Below are positions 37,901-52,900 of a DNA stretch of 64,000 nucleotides, in pieces. Within the stretch, counting starts at the first letter, position 1, and each line of letters opens with the position of its first letter. The notes beneath the pieces were generated by a model. That model had not been told where the DNA came from. It was given only the letters and a program-made list of their open reading frames with translations, and ran no database searches. The stretch is from Owenia fusiformis (lineage: Eukaryota). The stretch lies in assembly GCA_903813345.2 (NCBI GenBank), contig CAIIXF020000001.1, forward strand, positions 13,950,001-14,014,000, given 5' to 3'. Position numbers and translations under genes: made by a program.

Positions 37901-40900
37901 TTTTGGAATCCACTTTCCGTTTGGATTTATAGTTGAGCAGTTCCCTGGAAAGTTTAGAATTTTCTGACTCTAAGTCCGCCACCTTTTTTCTCAATATTGA
38001 TGTATCGTGTTCATGAAGACGCAGTTGTTCTTGTAAGTCTTTAGATTGAACTATGGAATCTGACAGGCTACCCTGAGCTTTGGAACACTCCATTGTAACA
38101 GTTTGTGAGCGATCACTGAGGTCTTTGCATCGTTCTTTGAGACGTGTGTTCTCATCCTGCAATGATCTCAGACGCTGTTTAAGCTCCATTGTCAGAACAG
38201 CATCATCATCAGATTGCATTGCTTCAATGGAAGTACCAGACCCTACTTGTCTGGAAGAAACTTGCTCTAGTTTTCTATTCCTAGATATTAACCTCTCGTT
38301 TTCGGATTCTAACTGGGCTAACAAACTACGTAATTTCAACTCTTCCTTTTGGTAAGAGTCAATCTGTCTTTGCATATCTAATTGTTGCTCAGAGTCTAAG
38401 GAATGACTTTTTTGTAACTTCGGTCGATTGGATTTTGCTTGCATATGAGATCTGGCCACCTCTGAAAGGCGTTCGATTTCTCGATTTTTCTCAATGATCT
38501 TCCATCTGAGACTGTCCACCTCCTCTGTTAACAGGCGGATCTTTCCATCGTAGTAGCTATCGGGGAATGGTGAAGACATGGAATCGCTTGAGGTACTCTT
38601 TAAACGTTGCTGTAGGAACTTAACTTCAGATTGCAGATTGTCACACTCTAGTTGCATATCGCTTATTTTCCTTCTGAGCATACTAGCTTCTTGTTCAGCT
38701 AGTTCCATTTGTAGCTTAAACTCAAGCTCCTTCTCAGTCAGAACCTCTGGATCTTCATCTAGGCCTAATGAAGATTTCTTCCCGCCAGTCTCACGGAATC
38801 TGGTTGACCTTGCAACTGCTACCTTTTTTAGTTGTAGCGACAGGCCTTCGTTCTCCTCTTCCAGGTCACTTAGCTTTCTCCGCATGATCTTAGTCTCTTC
38901 CTCTGCATATTTTAACTGTTCTTTCACATCTTGTTCGCGCTCCATACTGTCAGAGAGGTCCCTCATCAGCTGCTGGGCGTCATACTCATATGACGACTGT
39001 GCACTACCCGTCCTGGTTAACCGCAACTAAGGAAACACAGAAAATAATTGAAGTTTATGTTAAAATGTTGCAATTTAGACGATTTAAAGAACAATAGGTT
39101 TGGGCAATGCAAGATATCGTTGTTATGCTTATTAGTTAATGCACAAGAAATTTTCATAAAAAGGATGGAAATTCAAAAGCACACAATCAAAAAGAAATAG
39201 ATAATAAACAAATTGGAGGACTTACTGGATGCTGTAATTTGAACCTGTCAATGTTAGAGATGTTACTAGTACTCAAAGACTGAAAGCAAAGAAACAAGCA
39301 CTTTTGTAAAATACGAGCCATAGAAAACAATACACACAACAAAGACACTCCGTCCTGTTAACGCTGACCCAACATTAATCGTTGATGTACTTGTCACAAA
39401 AACAATACACACAACAAAGACACTCCGTCCTGTTAACGTTGATCCAACATTAATCGCTGATGTGATATATGTTGTTAAAGGTCTTGAATGGGATATATGC
39501 AGAATTAACAACATAAACAGTTAGCATCGACAAAAGATGTCTCTATACTTTCCCGATGCCTTGTAGAACATAAAGCATAACATAAAGCGCATAATCGTTA
39601 ATCATCTGTTAATTGAGCAGCAGAACGCAGCAGGCTAATATAACATAATCATTTATTCTACCAAAATACAACAACAGCAGATGTATATTTTTATATCGAA
39701 TAACAAATCAATGCTATACTTGATATTAGTTCCCTGTACAAAGTGTACAATGTTGTATCAATGCTTCCCTAACGTTAGAATTCCGTTATAATAATATTTG
39801 ACAGATTAACCCAAAGGAACATATATTGATTGTTTCTTACTGGCATATCTAAGATATAGATAAATCATAGAACAATGAAATATGGAATGTCACCTTTTTA
39901 TCAGAAAATGTCGTCTGCTGTGAAGTTTGGGCGGGAGAAGACGGACTACTGGCGCCATCTGGGGTTGGTCTTTCCATAGACGTAAAGGCTTCCGAACGCA
40001 ATTTGATCAGCTGCAATACATAAGAATGAATAAACAAATGTTCAAAGGATGAGACAGTTTTTTGTTTTCTTTTGCAACAACATCAGCACCTGGTAAGTGA
40101 TAAAAATAAGTATCGGTAACGATTGCACTACTTTGCATCTACCCCGTGATGTTGCTTCTGAACGCGTAACCATGGTAACACATTTTATGTTAGTTGATTC
40201 AAGTAAAATGTTTTGTTAGATAATCATACTGTGATATATAACTTGAATATCTTGAACTTATCTCACATTCTCCAGAAATAACAGTTACTGAGAGGAAGTG
40301 GATCGCATTATAAAATAGCGTATGCCTACAGCCAATTTCAACATTGCAGTAAAGGCGATAGTTTTCCAAGTATATGTACCATATATTATAGAACTGCGGG
40401 AATCCATCGTTTCAACACTTGCAATCAATTTTAAGATAAATATTTAGAATATTAAAGAATCTGTATTCATAATTATTGCATCAATTTAGCATACTGGCAT
40501 ATGTGCCAATGGATGTTATCTATTTCAATCAGGAATTTCTATTACCGTACAGTTCGGAATGCTGTTCATATAAACAGAAACATACGAACAAGAATACGGC
40601 TGTAAGGGTTAGGATGCAGTGAAGATGAGCAACGTTTTAACCTGTTTACAAATGTACACATGTACGCGCATGTGCTAAATGGGAAAATAGTCCAAATAAC
40701 GAAAAGATATAATAAATAGTAGAACTATAAGCAGGAAAAAGAACACTGGTCAAAGGGAATCAAACCCCAACACCTAAAAGAATAATCTAACGTGCGGGGA
40801 AACAATGTCCAACGCCCGCTTCCACCCCACCCTTCATGAACCATAGTCATAGTCCAAATCCATTAGAATATGAGACTGTTCAGTATTACAGGGTGAGACA

Positions 40901-43900
40901 GAAAATATCACACACATAATGTCGAATAAAATGTGGGTCGCATTTTGTGTCGCCCTGTACTTGAGTCATTACAATAAAAGAGAACATTAAAAGACTGATA
41001 CATTAAGAATATTTGTGAACACTAGCACAAGATACAGCCACAAAAGAACAGTATCAATTGAAACAATATCGTATGTGCCCATCAAACTACTGAATAAAAA
41101 TACTAATGTAGCATAATTTTATAAGAACGAATGAGATTTGCTACATCTCGTTTACAAGTGAATGGAAGACATGGCATTTGTACATTTCATACGAACACTA
41201 TCTCTTCTGAAAAATGTGTCTATTTTCATCTTGAGTGGTTCAGAATATTTTGTAGTTTGCGGTTTTTATGCCTATGTGGATTTTGAAACATTTTTTTATG
41301 TTGGATTACATTTGTGCGTTCAGTGGTTCTTCAGTGCTTTTTTATAGAATAAAATCTGGGTTTGTCCTGTTGATTCATTATTTTCTGGAAGTTCTTTTTC
41401 AATTGGTTTCATTTTCTGATTAAGTTTGTAATTAGTAATATTATGAAGGTACAAATGTTCGAGAGGCAAGCAAACTTGTAAAACGATCAGATGGCTAACA
41501 GCCAGAGGTAACAGTTACTGCCTTCTATCTTTGCATTTTGTACATATCTACAGTAAAAATAACTTTTTTATTAGACCAAGGTACAGTTGCTATTCTTTAT
41601 AAACATCGTCCTCTTGGCAGCAAATTTTGGTCGTTGTGTTATGTAAAGATTTAACAGGACACAATTTGAAAATTATTAATGCAAATCAGTGTGCATGAAA
41701 GAGGGATTTGCCGGAAATAATTGTACTTTTTATGCATATATTTTCATAACTTTTATCAACAGAAGATGTTCTCTTCTTTCTAAAATACAAATTCATCGTG
41801 AAATTCATCAACTAAAAATTCAGATATTCTCCATCACTTTTAATACAAAAACAAAAACTAAAAATATCCAGTGCTAGGACCAATAACCCAAACTAAACAC
41901 CAAAGACCGACCTCCATATCGTTATACATCACGGCTGTTTCCAACTGAACTTTTAATCAAATCTCCAGCTTTACTCCATGCAGCAGTAAACAAAGTCGCA
42001 GATTTATTCTGCCATTCAGTTACATGGGACTTTTTTACAATTAGGTCAAGTTTAGAGTCTAAATGCTCAGAATGTAGTGATTTTAATTTATTCACTTTTT
42101 GATGATTAAAACAATAAAGGTATCCTTTATATTGTCCATCAAGAATTACATGACAGCACCATATAGACAAAAAGTTATGAATTACTTTAGAACATGTGTA
42201 TTTGGAAAAATATGCGGGGATATACCAAGATATCAAATATCTGCCTATGCTATAACTGCTGCAGACATTTCTGCTAGGGCTATTTACATGATGTTCAGCA
42301 GATTGCCCTTGCATATTATTTAAGACTGAAATACAGTTTTGTTTAAATGCCTTTAAAAGAACTTATGATAGGGTCAATTTAAAACTTTTGCTAACAGTAT
42401 TCTTATAAGGTTTATCTTCATAAGGTGTATGTTTTTATAAAAGCATAACTATTGATAAAATGCGTCAAGAATTGAGAGTGAAATTGACTTACCAAATTGC
42501 AGCAAGGGACTATGATTAAATACCCATAAATGCGCTAATGCTCATTTCTAATCCAAATGTTAATCTAAGATAGATACTATGTTATGTAAAAGTCAATCAA
42601 TGAGTCACTTCAATATCTTTTTACTTTCTTCAACTTTACCCCCTTTATTTGTGGGGTAATATCCTGAAATTCTGGTTGCTGTTCAGTTCTAGTGATCATT
42701 GATACGCTTGATTTTCTCAGCAAATGATGTTGTTAATGATGATCATTGTCTTATTAATGTCATGTAACATTTACTGCCTATATATGTAGGGTGATAATGC
42801 GCCTCATCTAATGTTACATGAATTCCTTCTTTCGTTTTGATATTTTCAGTTACCTATTTTGCATTAATTGGATTTACCTTTCTGCTTTTCTGTAAATGTT
42901 TAGTTTTGAATGTAAAACGCTTTTTGAACAAAACCGGCAAAGTGATTCTATGGATTTTGAAAAAAATTCCAGATTCATACTTGTTTATTTAATGAAGGCC
43001 ATACTAAAATCCATGTTCTGTTACAATTTACAAAGTAAGAATCTTTAAAGGAGAATGGTAACTTCAGGGAAACTAAACTTTAAGACAAAGGGGTGCTGTC
43101 ATGACTTCTAAATATAGTTGTGTATATCTTGAATAGTTCTTTCCTGTGGTGTGTCATACTTTAAAAACAAATCTCAACTTTTTTAGATAGAGGGGTGAGA
43201 AAGTATAGACTTTACACAGATTTATGTTCATTAAATGATACCAGATTTGATCAGTTATGTCTCAATTCCTTGAACCCCTTCTAGATGTTCACATGTTAAT
43301 GTTTCTACCAGGAGCAATTAGACTGTCAACAAGTTAAACAAAGTGAATCTAGCTTGATTTATTGAATGGAAGGAATACATTGAGGGGGAAATGCTACACA
43401 ACTTTAGCTAAAGAATGAATGACCCAATTTAACCGGATATGGCTAAGAGCGCATGCTCAACATCTGGTTTAGATTAACAGTCAGAATGACCTGAACTTAA
43501 GGACAAGTATTAAAGATGCCAAAAACAAGCCATTTAAACAGCCGTGACATATGAATCAAACTGGTAAATTAGTGAATAAAATAAACTAATTCAAATCTGA
43601 AAATCCCTCGAGTAACTGGAGGTGGTACAGTAGTGTTGAAAACATATGTCACTAAACCAGAAAATGGTCCTATCTTGAATCAATTACACTCAAAGTGAAA
43701 GATAAATAAGATATTTATGCACTCAAAGAATCAACGTTAATTTTCTTACGTTCCATAAATAATTCAGAAGAGATTACAACAGGCATACCAATCCACTATA
43801 AGTTTTGTACATCACGCCACTCGATACCATATCACCACTCCCAAGGTGAATACATACAACTCAGATGATTATAAGTAATTCCCTTGGAACTGGAACTTCA

Positions 43901-46900
43901 TTTTGGAACTAATTTCATTGGTTAGATACACTATTTTTAAAAACTCCTAGAAAGTGCATGTATGTCATACTTCGTTCCTTCCATGAAAGGAAATGAGAGC
44001 CCAGTATAGGTCATCATCAAATAAAAAGCTTTAGGAGTCTATATACATAGACTATGTACCGCTACTACAGTACCAATGATCTCATAGTTTTAATGAATAA
44101 TATAACAGGACAAAAGAAGCGATGATGATAGATTTACAATCAATCAAAAGAATACGTCAGGGAAGTTACTTTAACATGAATGGTATAATTTTAGTTGCAT
44201 ACCTCAGATCTGAGCATATCTACTTCACTCTCGAACAGCACGCATCTGTTCTCTGACGCCCGCAACTGTTGCTGTATGATCTCATTGTCTTCTTCAACCT
44301 ACAAAATATGAATTTGTTATTGGTCACATTCACTACAACATGCTTAAACAACTCACTGACAAATATGTGCCTGTATTACAAATAAATGTGAAATTAGGTC
44401 TTTATCTTTTGCATTTAGGTCCGATCGAAACCGAAACGTTATAATGTTTTTCAATCCGGGGTTATTATGGACGTGTGGATTGGACGAGACTACAACATGT
44501 ACGTACAAGGTGTTACGAAATAACACTCCAATTTAAATTGAATTGCTTTGTGTCAAATTAATGTGATGTTGCGTTTTGGAGTCACCTACCTTACATCTTC
44601 TTTCTTCCACCATCTCCAATTCATCATGTAATCTAACCGATACTTCCTGTGCCATCTTCAGTTCTTCTTCGAGCTCTGCAATATGTTCATTGTCGCTAGT
44701 CGCACTCGCCCCAGTCGACTGTAGCTGTCTCAACTTATCCTCATATGCCATCTTGTCAACCTCCGTCTATAAATAGATGTAACAATCACATAAAATTGGC
44801 GTTTATGGGTCATCTATTCAGAGTAAAATAGGGAATTAAAATGACAAAATGTCAGCATTGGTTGTTGCAAAAGTGTAACTTGTTACAGACGCCAGAAATG
44901 GTGATTATAACAATATGACACTTGTTGATTGTGACATAATTATTTTCAATAATATGGTATCATCGACTATCAATAAATCACATGACAGCCTTTGGTTTCA
45001 TAATCAAAACTGATATCTTCAAACAGGACCCCGGCAATCTGAAACACCTGAGAGGCGTTATTTCCTGACTTACACATCAGGTTGACCTGAAGATGATGAT
45101 GTGGATGTTGTCGAAATAACAATGTGTGAATCGATGATAACCGAGATGTAAACCAGAGCAACCAATCAAGCAATGGGCATCGTTCAACACGTTAGCATTG
45201 GGGGACGCTGTTCTCCAGATAACTCTGTATCTTCACTGGTCAAGTGCCAAGGGAGAGTGTTCAACACAACCTAAACCAGTTTACAAAGATACTTTGTGAT
45301 AATACAATTCATTATCTACCCTTAAGCCAAATTGCTAGTCCTCATTACAATTCATTATCTACCCTTAAGCCAAATGGCCAGTCCTCATTACGATGAAAAT
45401 GTGTTTTAATGATACGAAATCGAACACTTGAAAAGGGTCATTATCGGCACTCCTTGTTATGAATGAACCAGGGACATCATGCGGGGGTGGATCAATATTA
45501 TTAAACAGCATACCTCAGGAGCCCGGAACAGGACAAGTGGAGTACAAGTGCCTTGTGAAAGGAAAAAATCTGGTAGTGTTTTTATAGTTTGACAGGCTTA
45601 AATTAAAGCATGGTATAATAACAGACCCACCATGCTACTAGATCGATTGTAAATACATTGATATGAGATAATACGAATCTACATGATGCCAATTCTATTG
45701 ATAATCAATGTAATTTCATTAAATAAGTCGGACTGATTGCCCTTGAGGTTGGCTTTAATGCAATACGATTTGCACTATAAGCGGTCATCGGCATCATTGA
45801 ACATGCCATCTCATTCTTTCACGATGATACAAAGTGTCACAATTTGGTATTTATTACAGACGCCAAAGTCCGACCGCCAAACGCCGAACACAAAAAAGTT
45901 AGAAACTATAACAATATGTCACCACGAGTGGTGATGACATAAAAGTCAAAAGATTTCAGTTGGTCTAAATTGTATTATTACACCTTGGAAGTCGAAGATG
46001 GGGAGTCCTACGCTAATTGGTTACCATATACCAGCAAGGGTTACTGAATTATTGAAAAACAATTATTTCTATTTGTATCGTAACTTGCGAAAGTAGTTCA
46101 GAAGTAAAGTTGATTAATCAATGAATTGTTCAACCTTTTTTAATTAAGAGGTTGGATATCGATATGTAATCACTACAGTTCTAGTAACATCCTCCGAACA
46201 CGGGTGCCCAGAACTAATTCACGTGCTTCTTCTTCACATGGGAAGAAGTGGATAATGTCTGGGGTGCTGCATCCTTGGTCCGAGGGTATTTCACTTCTTT
46301 TCTGAATTTAGGAATAAATGAAGTCCTCCGAACACATCTAACAAGTACGCATAATGATATTAGCCACTATTTGTATGTTCTCAAATTATGTGAAGGGTGT
46401 ATTCTAGATTTTCATATCAAGATTTGATTACATAATATGACATTCATGATCCATATATCTGGGTATAATGAAGACGAAACATCAATATCAGTGTTAACAC
46501 GTGTTAAAATGATTCAACGTTGCCGCACATAATGAAACAGGGGACCACCGCGAATGAAAGCTGGAAAGAAGCTATGTGGTCAGACCTGAACGCCACACTG
46601 AGCGCTGAGTGAGTGTTCTTGAACTACGTTTGTAATAACCGCATCATCTCCGACCACATGAATGAGTTTTTGTCGTTTGGGGCGGTTATCAAAGACCTGA
46701 CATCACTCACCAACGCGTGCATTCTGACTTTTAAATCCGAATTATCATTCCACTGAATTTAATATTTTCGTAATCAAGGAATATACGCAATTTGATAAGA
46801 CTGGCATTTTTAGTATTCAGCTAAAAGAAGTGACATTAGTAATTTGATGATTTTTAAAAATCGCCTAACATAAGCGATCCAAAAAGAAAGGGGCTTTCGG

Positions 46901-49900
46901 TTGCTAAACTTACGGTGGGGTTGTAGATTGATATTTTGCTCATCATAGTATGGCCTGCATGTATAATATTTTGAACTGACTTCATCTTGAGTTAATTTAT
47001 CAACGTCTCCTGCACAGGTGATACTATGAACAGAGGTGCGACCTTTCCAGGGCTGTGGGTGGTATGGGACCATGGGGACAAACCATTGATTATTATTGGT
47101 TATCAGGCACAGAATATTTTCCTGTTGCAGTCAGGATATTTAATGAAAACATTCCGATTCTCAAGATCTATTGACTCACCCCTGAATTTTTAGTGCAATA
47201 TTTTTATAAATCCATGTTTCAAGTATTACCAGCAATGGCATTAGCCGAAGATTATCTGAATACGTAAGGATTTCTAGCCAAAAGCCCTGGTGGCCCATCC
47301 CTTATTTTGTTAATTTATAGGGTAATTCAGGTAACATTCCAGGTAAATCGAGATTATGTGTAGTAATAGGATCTGTGTGTAACCAACTTAAGTTGGGGAT
47401 TATACCAAAACATTGCCACATGTATGTATGTTAACAGTATGTGAATCCAGAACAAGACTTGGGAAAACAGTAAATACTTTTAACTTGAACAAGTTTGCTT
47501 CAAAAAGGAAAACGGCATCGGTCCCCAATTAATTCATTTGATGTAATATCGTTAGATTTAGATTCACATGTTCAAGGGAATTTTAGATTGAACAGATTTC
47601 TGAATTTCTTTCAGTAAGCAAAGGGGATAGCACAAGTTCCCAATTAATCCATTTGATGTAATATCGTTAGATTTAGATTCACATGTGGAAGGGCATTTTA
47701 GGTTAAACAGGTTTTCTCGACTTTCTTTTAGTTAGCAAAGGAGATGGCACAAGTTCCCAATTAATTCTCTTGATGTTGTATCATCTTGGATAAACACATA
47801 TGATCATATGGGCTCATATGCATGTGCATGCCGTGGTAGTTTAAAGATTTTGCTTGAGTTAAAAATACAAAATTCGTGTTATTTCAAGTGAATTATTTTG
47901 TCCATAGTGGGAATGCACGTCGGGGGACAGATGGATGTTTTGTTGAGCGTTATGCTTACGTTACGTACAGCGCAACCCACTCCCCCTCCCCCATGCCACC
48001 GTACTGTTTGATGCATCGGTCCATGGGAATGTTGTATTACTTCAGATATGATTTCTATGAGCCATCTTCAGATACCTGAGTTTACAGATCTCCGACTGTT
48101 TCCAATAACATTAGTGCCTGTTAAATTCGTGATGGAAAATACGATTCTGTAAAGACATAGCTATTTTATCCTATACCAAGTAGAGTTTTAGGGAGATAAG
48201 TTGGTAAGATATATCCCGTATCCTGATTTTGAGGTTTCCATATCCAGAACCTCCATATCTCCCGCCATATCTCCCGCTTCGGTGCATATCTTCCCGCTTC
48301 CGGTAATTTCACTTCACATATTTTTTAAAAATTAAAAAAAAAGTTTTTGAACATTTTTCACATTTTTTTCAATTTTTTTTTAACTTCTTTTTTTCAATTT
48401 CTTTTGAAAATCTCGCAAACTTAAAGACCAAGAAAACGCGTACCTAAGTATGTTTAGGAATTTTGGATCTTTATAAGGTATGATGTACCTAGAACCTCAG
48501 TAGGTATGAAATACATCTGTTATGTACGGTCGGTTTTGGATCTACATTTATCCTTTTGTTACATTGTTAAACAACAATTTTTTATTTCAAAAAGTTATCA
48601 ATGTTTTTAAAATTTAAAAGTGGAAATGCAATCAAATGACTTTGCAAATGATTTGTTTATTTTTACACCTTGTACTATTGAAATGGCCATATGCCCCTGA
48701 AAACTCTACTTGGTATAGGATAAAGCAGTTATGTACGGTCGGTTTGGATATTGGGTTCATCCCTCGTGAGATATGCACATCTACCTTCGGTCCCTCAGGT
48801 AGATATGCATATCTCCCTCTGGATAAAACCCATATCCAAAACCTCCCAGTACCTAACCCTTATTTATTTGAAGAATTTGGCGTAATGAAACCGCATCAGA
48901 AAACGCAAGGGAAAATTAAAACAACATAAATACATGTACCAAAAAGTGAAAATGATAAGACCGTCAACAAAAAAACATGTATCTGCTATTCATAAAAATC
49001 AATCAGTACGGTGTCATGAGAGCAAACCACGAGATAAAATCTCAGGTAAACGGTTGTGCAAGATAACTAATGCAGAAACACCAAGCGCCGGAACCATAAC
49101 GCCGACAGTTATCATATGGGTTATTACCAATCTGCTTGTATCTGTATTACACAGTCGGACACAGAGCATGGAGTAAAAATAAATCATGCTGGAAATAGCT
49201 GAACCGCACATGTGAAAACTACTTATCTCTTTCGGCGAAAGTTTTATCAGGCCTACACTGTATATGCTACCCTACAACAGTTAACCAAGGTTATTCCTGA
49301 ATCTAGTAAATAGGCCAGAAAGATAATTTACAGGTGCATCTTTCAGTAGATGTATTACAGCGGACTACAGTGCTAAACCAGACATGACTGATTTTACAGC
49401 TGTTTTTGCCTAGCATTAGATTGTGCATTTTGTTAACCCCAAAGAAGTTCGAATTGTGTACCGTGGACAAAGTTAGTTATCTATTAGATCAATAAAAATG
49501 TTTACTGATGGGTATGTTATTGGTTTATATTCAACAAAGAGGTGCTTTATATTCTGGTATCTATATGGTATGTAACAGTGGTTAGGTAAACACGTTTATC
49601 ACATATTAAAAAATATTCGCATATCTTTATGTTTTGGCATGCACCAGAAACAATGGCCGCATTCGAACCTTATCCTCTTATCTCAGTAATAGACGCAAAA
49701 AATAAGATAACTTCCTCTCATTAAAATAGGCCCACGTATGCATGTAAATCACTGATATAAACGTAATGCTGCTTAAAATCAATATGATGAGGTTGCATAC
49801 GTTCATGTGGCATCAATTTAAAGGGAGAACCAGATCTAGTGAGCAAGCTAAACAAAAAACTGTTTCAATTTTAAAATATTTTAAGTTCGCATCATTCCTT

Positions 49901-52900
49901 GTCACGACTTTTAAAAAATCCCCAAAATGCATACATGTACTTTATTTCAGGATTTTTACAATAATTCTTTCTTTAAATTTGTATGTACCATTTTCATTAT
50001 TTGGGAGAACCTAAACATTTTCCCCATTTTTGCACTTTGATTCCTCAATAGCTTCACCAATTTGTAATATAACCTGAATCATTTGGGAGATATTGTATTA
50101 AAATCATAAGAAATATAAATATATTGGTGGGTGAATTGTACATGTTGCTTGTAATCTTGTCACCACCTTTAGATCTAAATCTAACCTTTAACAAATACCT
50201 ATCTTTTAACTTGAACGCGCCTGGTTCGCTCTTTTGACCGAAATATAGGCTATACTTGCTTCTGTTCGTGTCAGTTAATAACGCAGATGCGAGTAGGTAG
50301 TTACCAGTTTCACCACCAGGTGGCTCGTTCGGGTCAGATAGCATGGCGGGTATAGTAGAAAGTTCCCTTTAACTTAAATTACATCTGTTTTAGTGGTTCA
50401 ATTTTCATATAACCCTTATGTATCTAATAGTTATGCAAATCAAAATATGTCCAGTAAATGAAAATGTTATCTGACCAATACAAGAAAAGATATTCCACTT
50501 TTTGTGATTTCGTAACATGGGCTCTATGGAGAATCAACCCGAACTAGAAGTCACACATTCAAAAAGAATTTAATTTTCAAACTTGATAAACAATTTTCGA
50601 AACCATATTTTAGATGTACTTTTACATGTAGATTTCAAATATAACATCGCTTTTTGACTGAATTTTGAATATTTAATGGCGTAAATCAAGATTTTTTCTA
50701 CTCGCATCTAGTCTATTAATAATGATTTCTTAGTTTTTTATTTTTATCAGTGTGTCTAGGCCTATAAGGGTATGGTATTGCTATTTATGCTTCCCTGAGT
50801 TTCTCAACATCCATATATTTTCAGATAAAGCCAGAATCAATCCGACATAAAGATGCTATATCAAGATATCGCCGAGTAAAAATTCCGTGGCATACTGACA
50901 CCATGCAACAACGTGTACAAGCAAGTGTACAGTATGCAACGTTCAAGTTGTCAACGTTGCAATTGCAAGCAGAAAATCTCTCTCTAGTTAGCGTGTGACC
51001 TCAGGGCGACCTTTGACCTCGACCCCATGTTGGAGCATGGGCGTATTTTTTTTTCGTATGACCGCGGTACAAGTTAATTTAATACGGTCTGAGCGCAATG
51101 GTCAAGGTGATAGTTAAACAAACAGATAAACTGTCAGACCTCTTCCGAGCTTCAAAGTAAGATACAATGTCAGTTTGACTGACTAGATTTGTTTACAAAT
51201 AGTCTACACGATCGCTACCTGCCTACAGATTCTACGAAAGTTCAAAGTTCTTGCATGTTTTATCCGCCTGTAGACTTGTCATACCTGGAGGCCTAGAGAA
51301 AAACACATCACATCAAAACAGACGATTGTTTCATTCCTAAAGAATTTCCTCAACAATGAAAGAATAAACAACGTACTTAGACCAAGTGGCTTTTATCTAA
51401 CAGTATTAAGTATCTCTTTGGAACATCGTGTCATAAGACGTTACTTGATTCAGTAACTGGCACCCACCGGTGAACATTTTGAAGGGATGAGAGATAAGGA
51501 TAACCTCGGTATGAAGATGAGATGTTTTTAGATGCTCATTCTTCGAAGAATGGTAATAGTAAGAATCGGATGGTTTTATTGATTCTACCAAATATTGTTT
51601 TATTGGGATATGCTGAAGGGTCATTTTCCTCGTAAGGGTTGACTTAATCTGGCATACTCTGGGTTGGCGCTTTGGAATCCATTTGAGAAAAGGAACGTTA
51701 CCCATGGTTCAATTTTGAAGAAAATTCATTTTTGTGTATTTTCATGGGCTTCTAGTTGAAAGCCCATGATATTTTCCAACAATAAATATTCACTTTTTAC
51801 AACCAGGAGAGGTGAGAATTGAGAGCTTTAGAGTTGTTGTTGGTTTTATCGTTAGATATACTTTATTGGGGTTTGTGTGTATTTTGATCCTCCTAATGCT
51901 ACCTGTGATTTCTATTCATACTTGTTAATAGATTATAACAACTGTCATAACACAAACAAGTGGTATTCGAAGTGGAGTTTTGTTTGAGGCTAATAGAAAT
52001 TCAATAATATACCTGTTCCCTCAGGCGTTCAGCCTTTCGAAGCTTGAACTGCAGAATTCTAACGTTTTTCGATGTCATCTCAAGTTCTTTTTGGAGTTCC
52101 CTATAAAGAAAACATTACATCAGATCAATATAGGCAATGTGTTTACAAGTTCTCAAAATTAACAGCCTAACCAGAGCACTCATACATATCGGATTTTATA
52201 TCATGGAATTATTCAATGTAATTGATTATACAACTAGAAACAACGCTTGAAACCAATTCGAAGCGGCGATGTGTGGATTACCGATTGTGAACAAGTATAC
52301 AAACAGGCTCTCTCAAGCGGTTAGCCTAAACTTCAACTTGCTTATGGAAATATATTTATGATAGTGATTATTACCTAAATTCAAGAGTTTCTTCCTCTCT
52401 AAACTGATCCTGCATCTCTTCCATTTCTTGCTGCATTTCAAACATTTCCTCCTTGATACATTGATTCTCTTCCCGTAATTCATCGCAGATCTTTTGCAAC
52501 TCATCCATGTTATCTTCAAGCTCTTGAATGACAGCATTTTTGTCTTCTTCCTGGGAGTCTCCTGATTTTGTCCTTTCACTCTCTGGAAGGCTTGATTCCA
52601 TAATTTTGTCCCTGAGCGTACAGTTTTCACGGTCTAGCGTTCTGAGTTGATCCTGCAAATCACTAATAGCTTTTTCATTTCGAAGATTTATCTCTTCAAA
52701 TCGTTCTTCCTTAGCCATAAGGTCATCGTCGAGGTCCATGTAGTCCTGCTCGAGCGAGGCATATTTGTCCTCAACCTGCGAAAGTTCCCGTTCAAGATCC
52801 CGAACACTTTTCTTTGATCCTTTATCATTTTTACTACTTTGCTTATCATCTTTACTGAGTGCTTTAGCGCCATTATTCCCCGCTGAAGGCGTCTCGGAAC

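Noticed and set aside
38080-39030. Long + strand ORFs opposite the SOGA-like exon (also 52765-53477 and 30572-31152)
   Set aside because: Antisense shadows of coiled-coil or low-complexity coding exons.
39226-39244. Possible microexon in the SOGA-like gene (acag|gttcaaattacagcatcca|gtaagt)
   Set aside because: At 19 nt between two phase-0 junctions it would shift the frame; unsupported without RNA data.
49819-50720. Possible TTAA-flanked Kolobok-like element
   Set aside because: Terminal inverted match is too weak to support.
51285-51308. Possible alternative first coding exon MCFSLGLQ|gtatga, in phase with exon 44766
   Set aside because: Too short to distinguish from chance.
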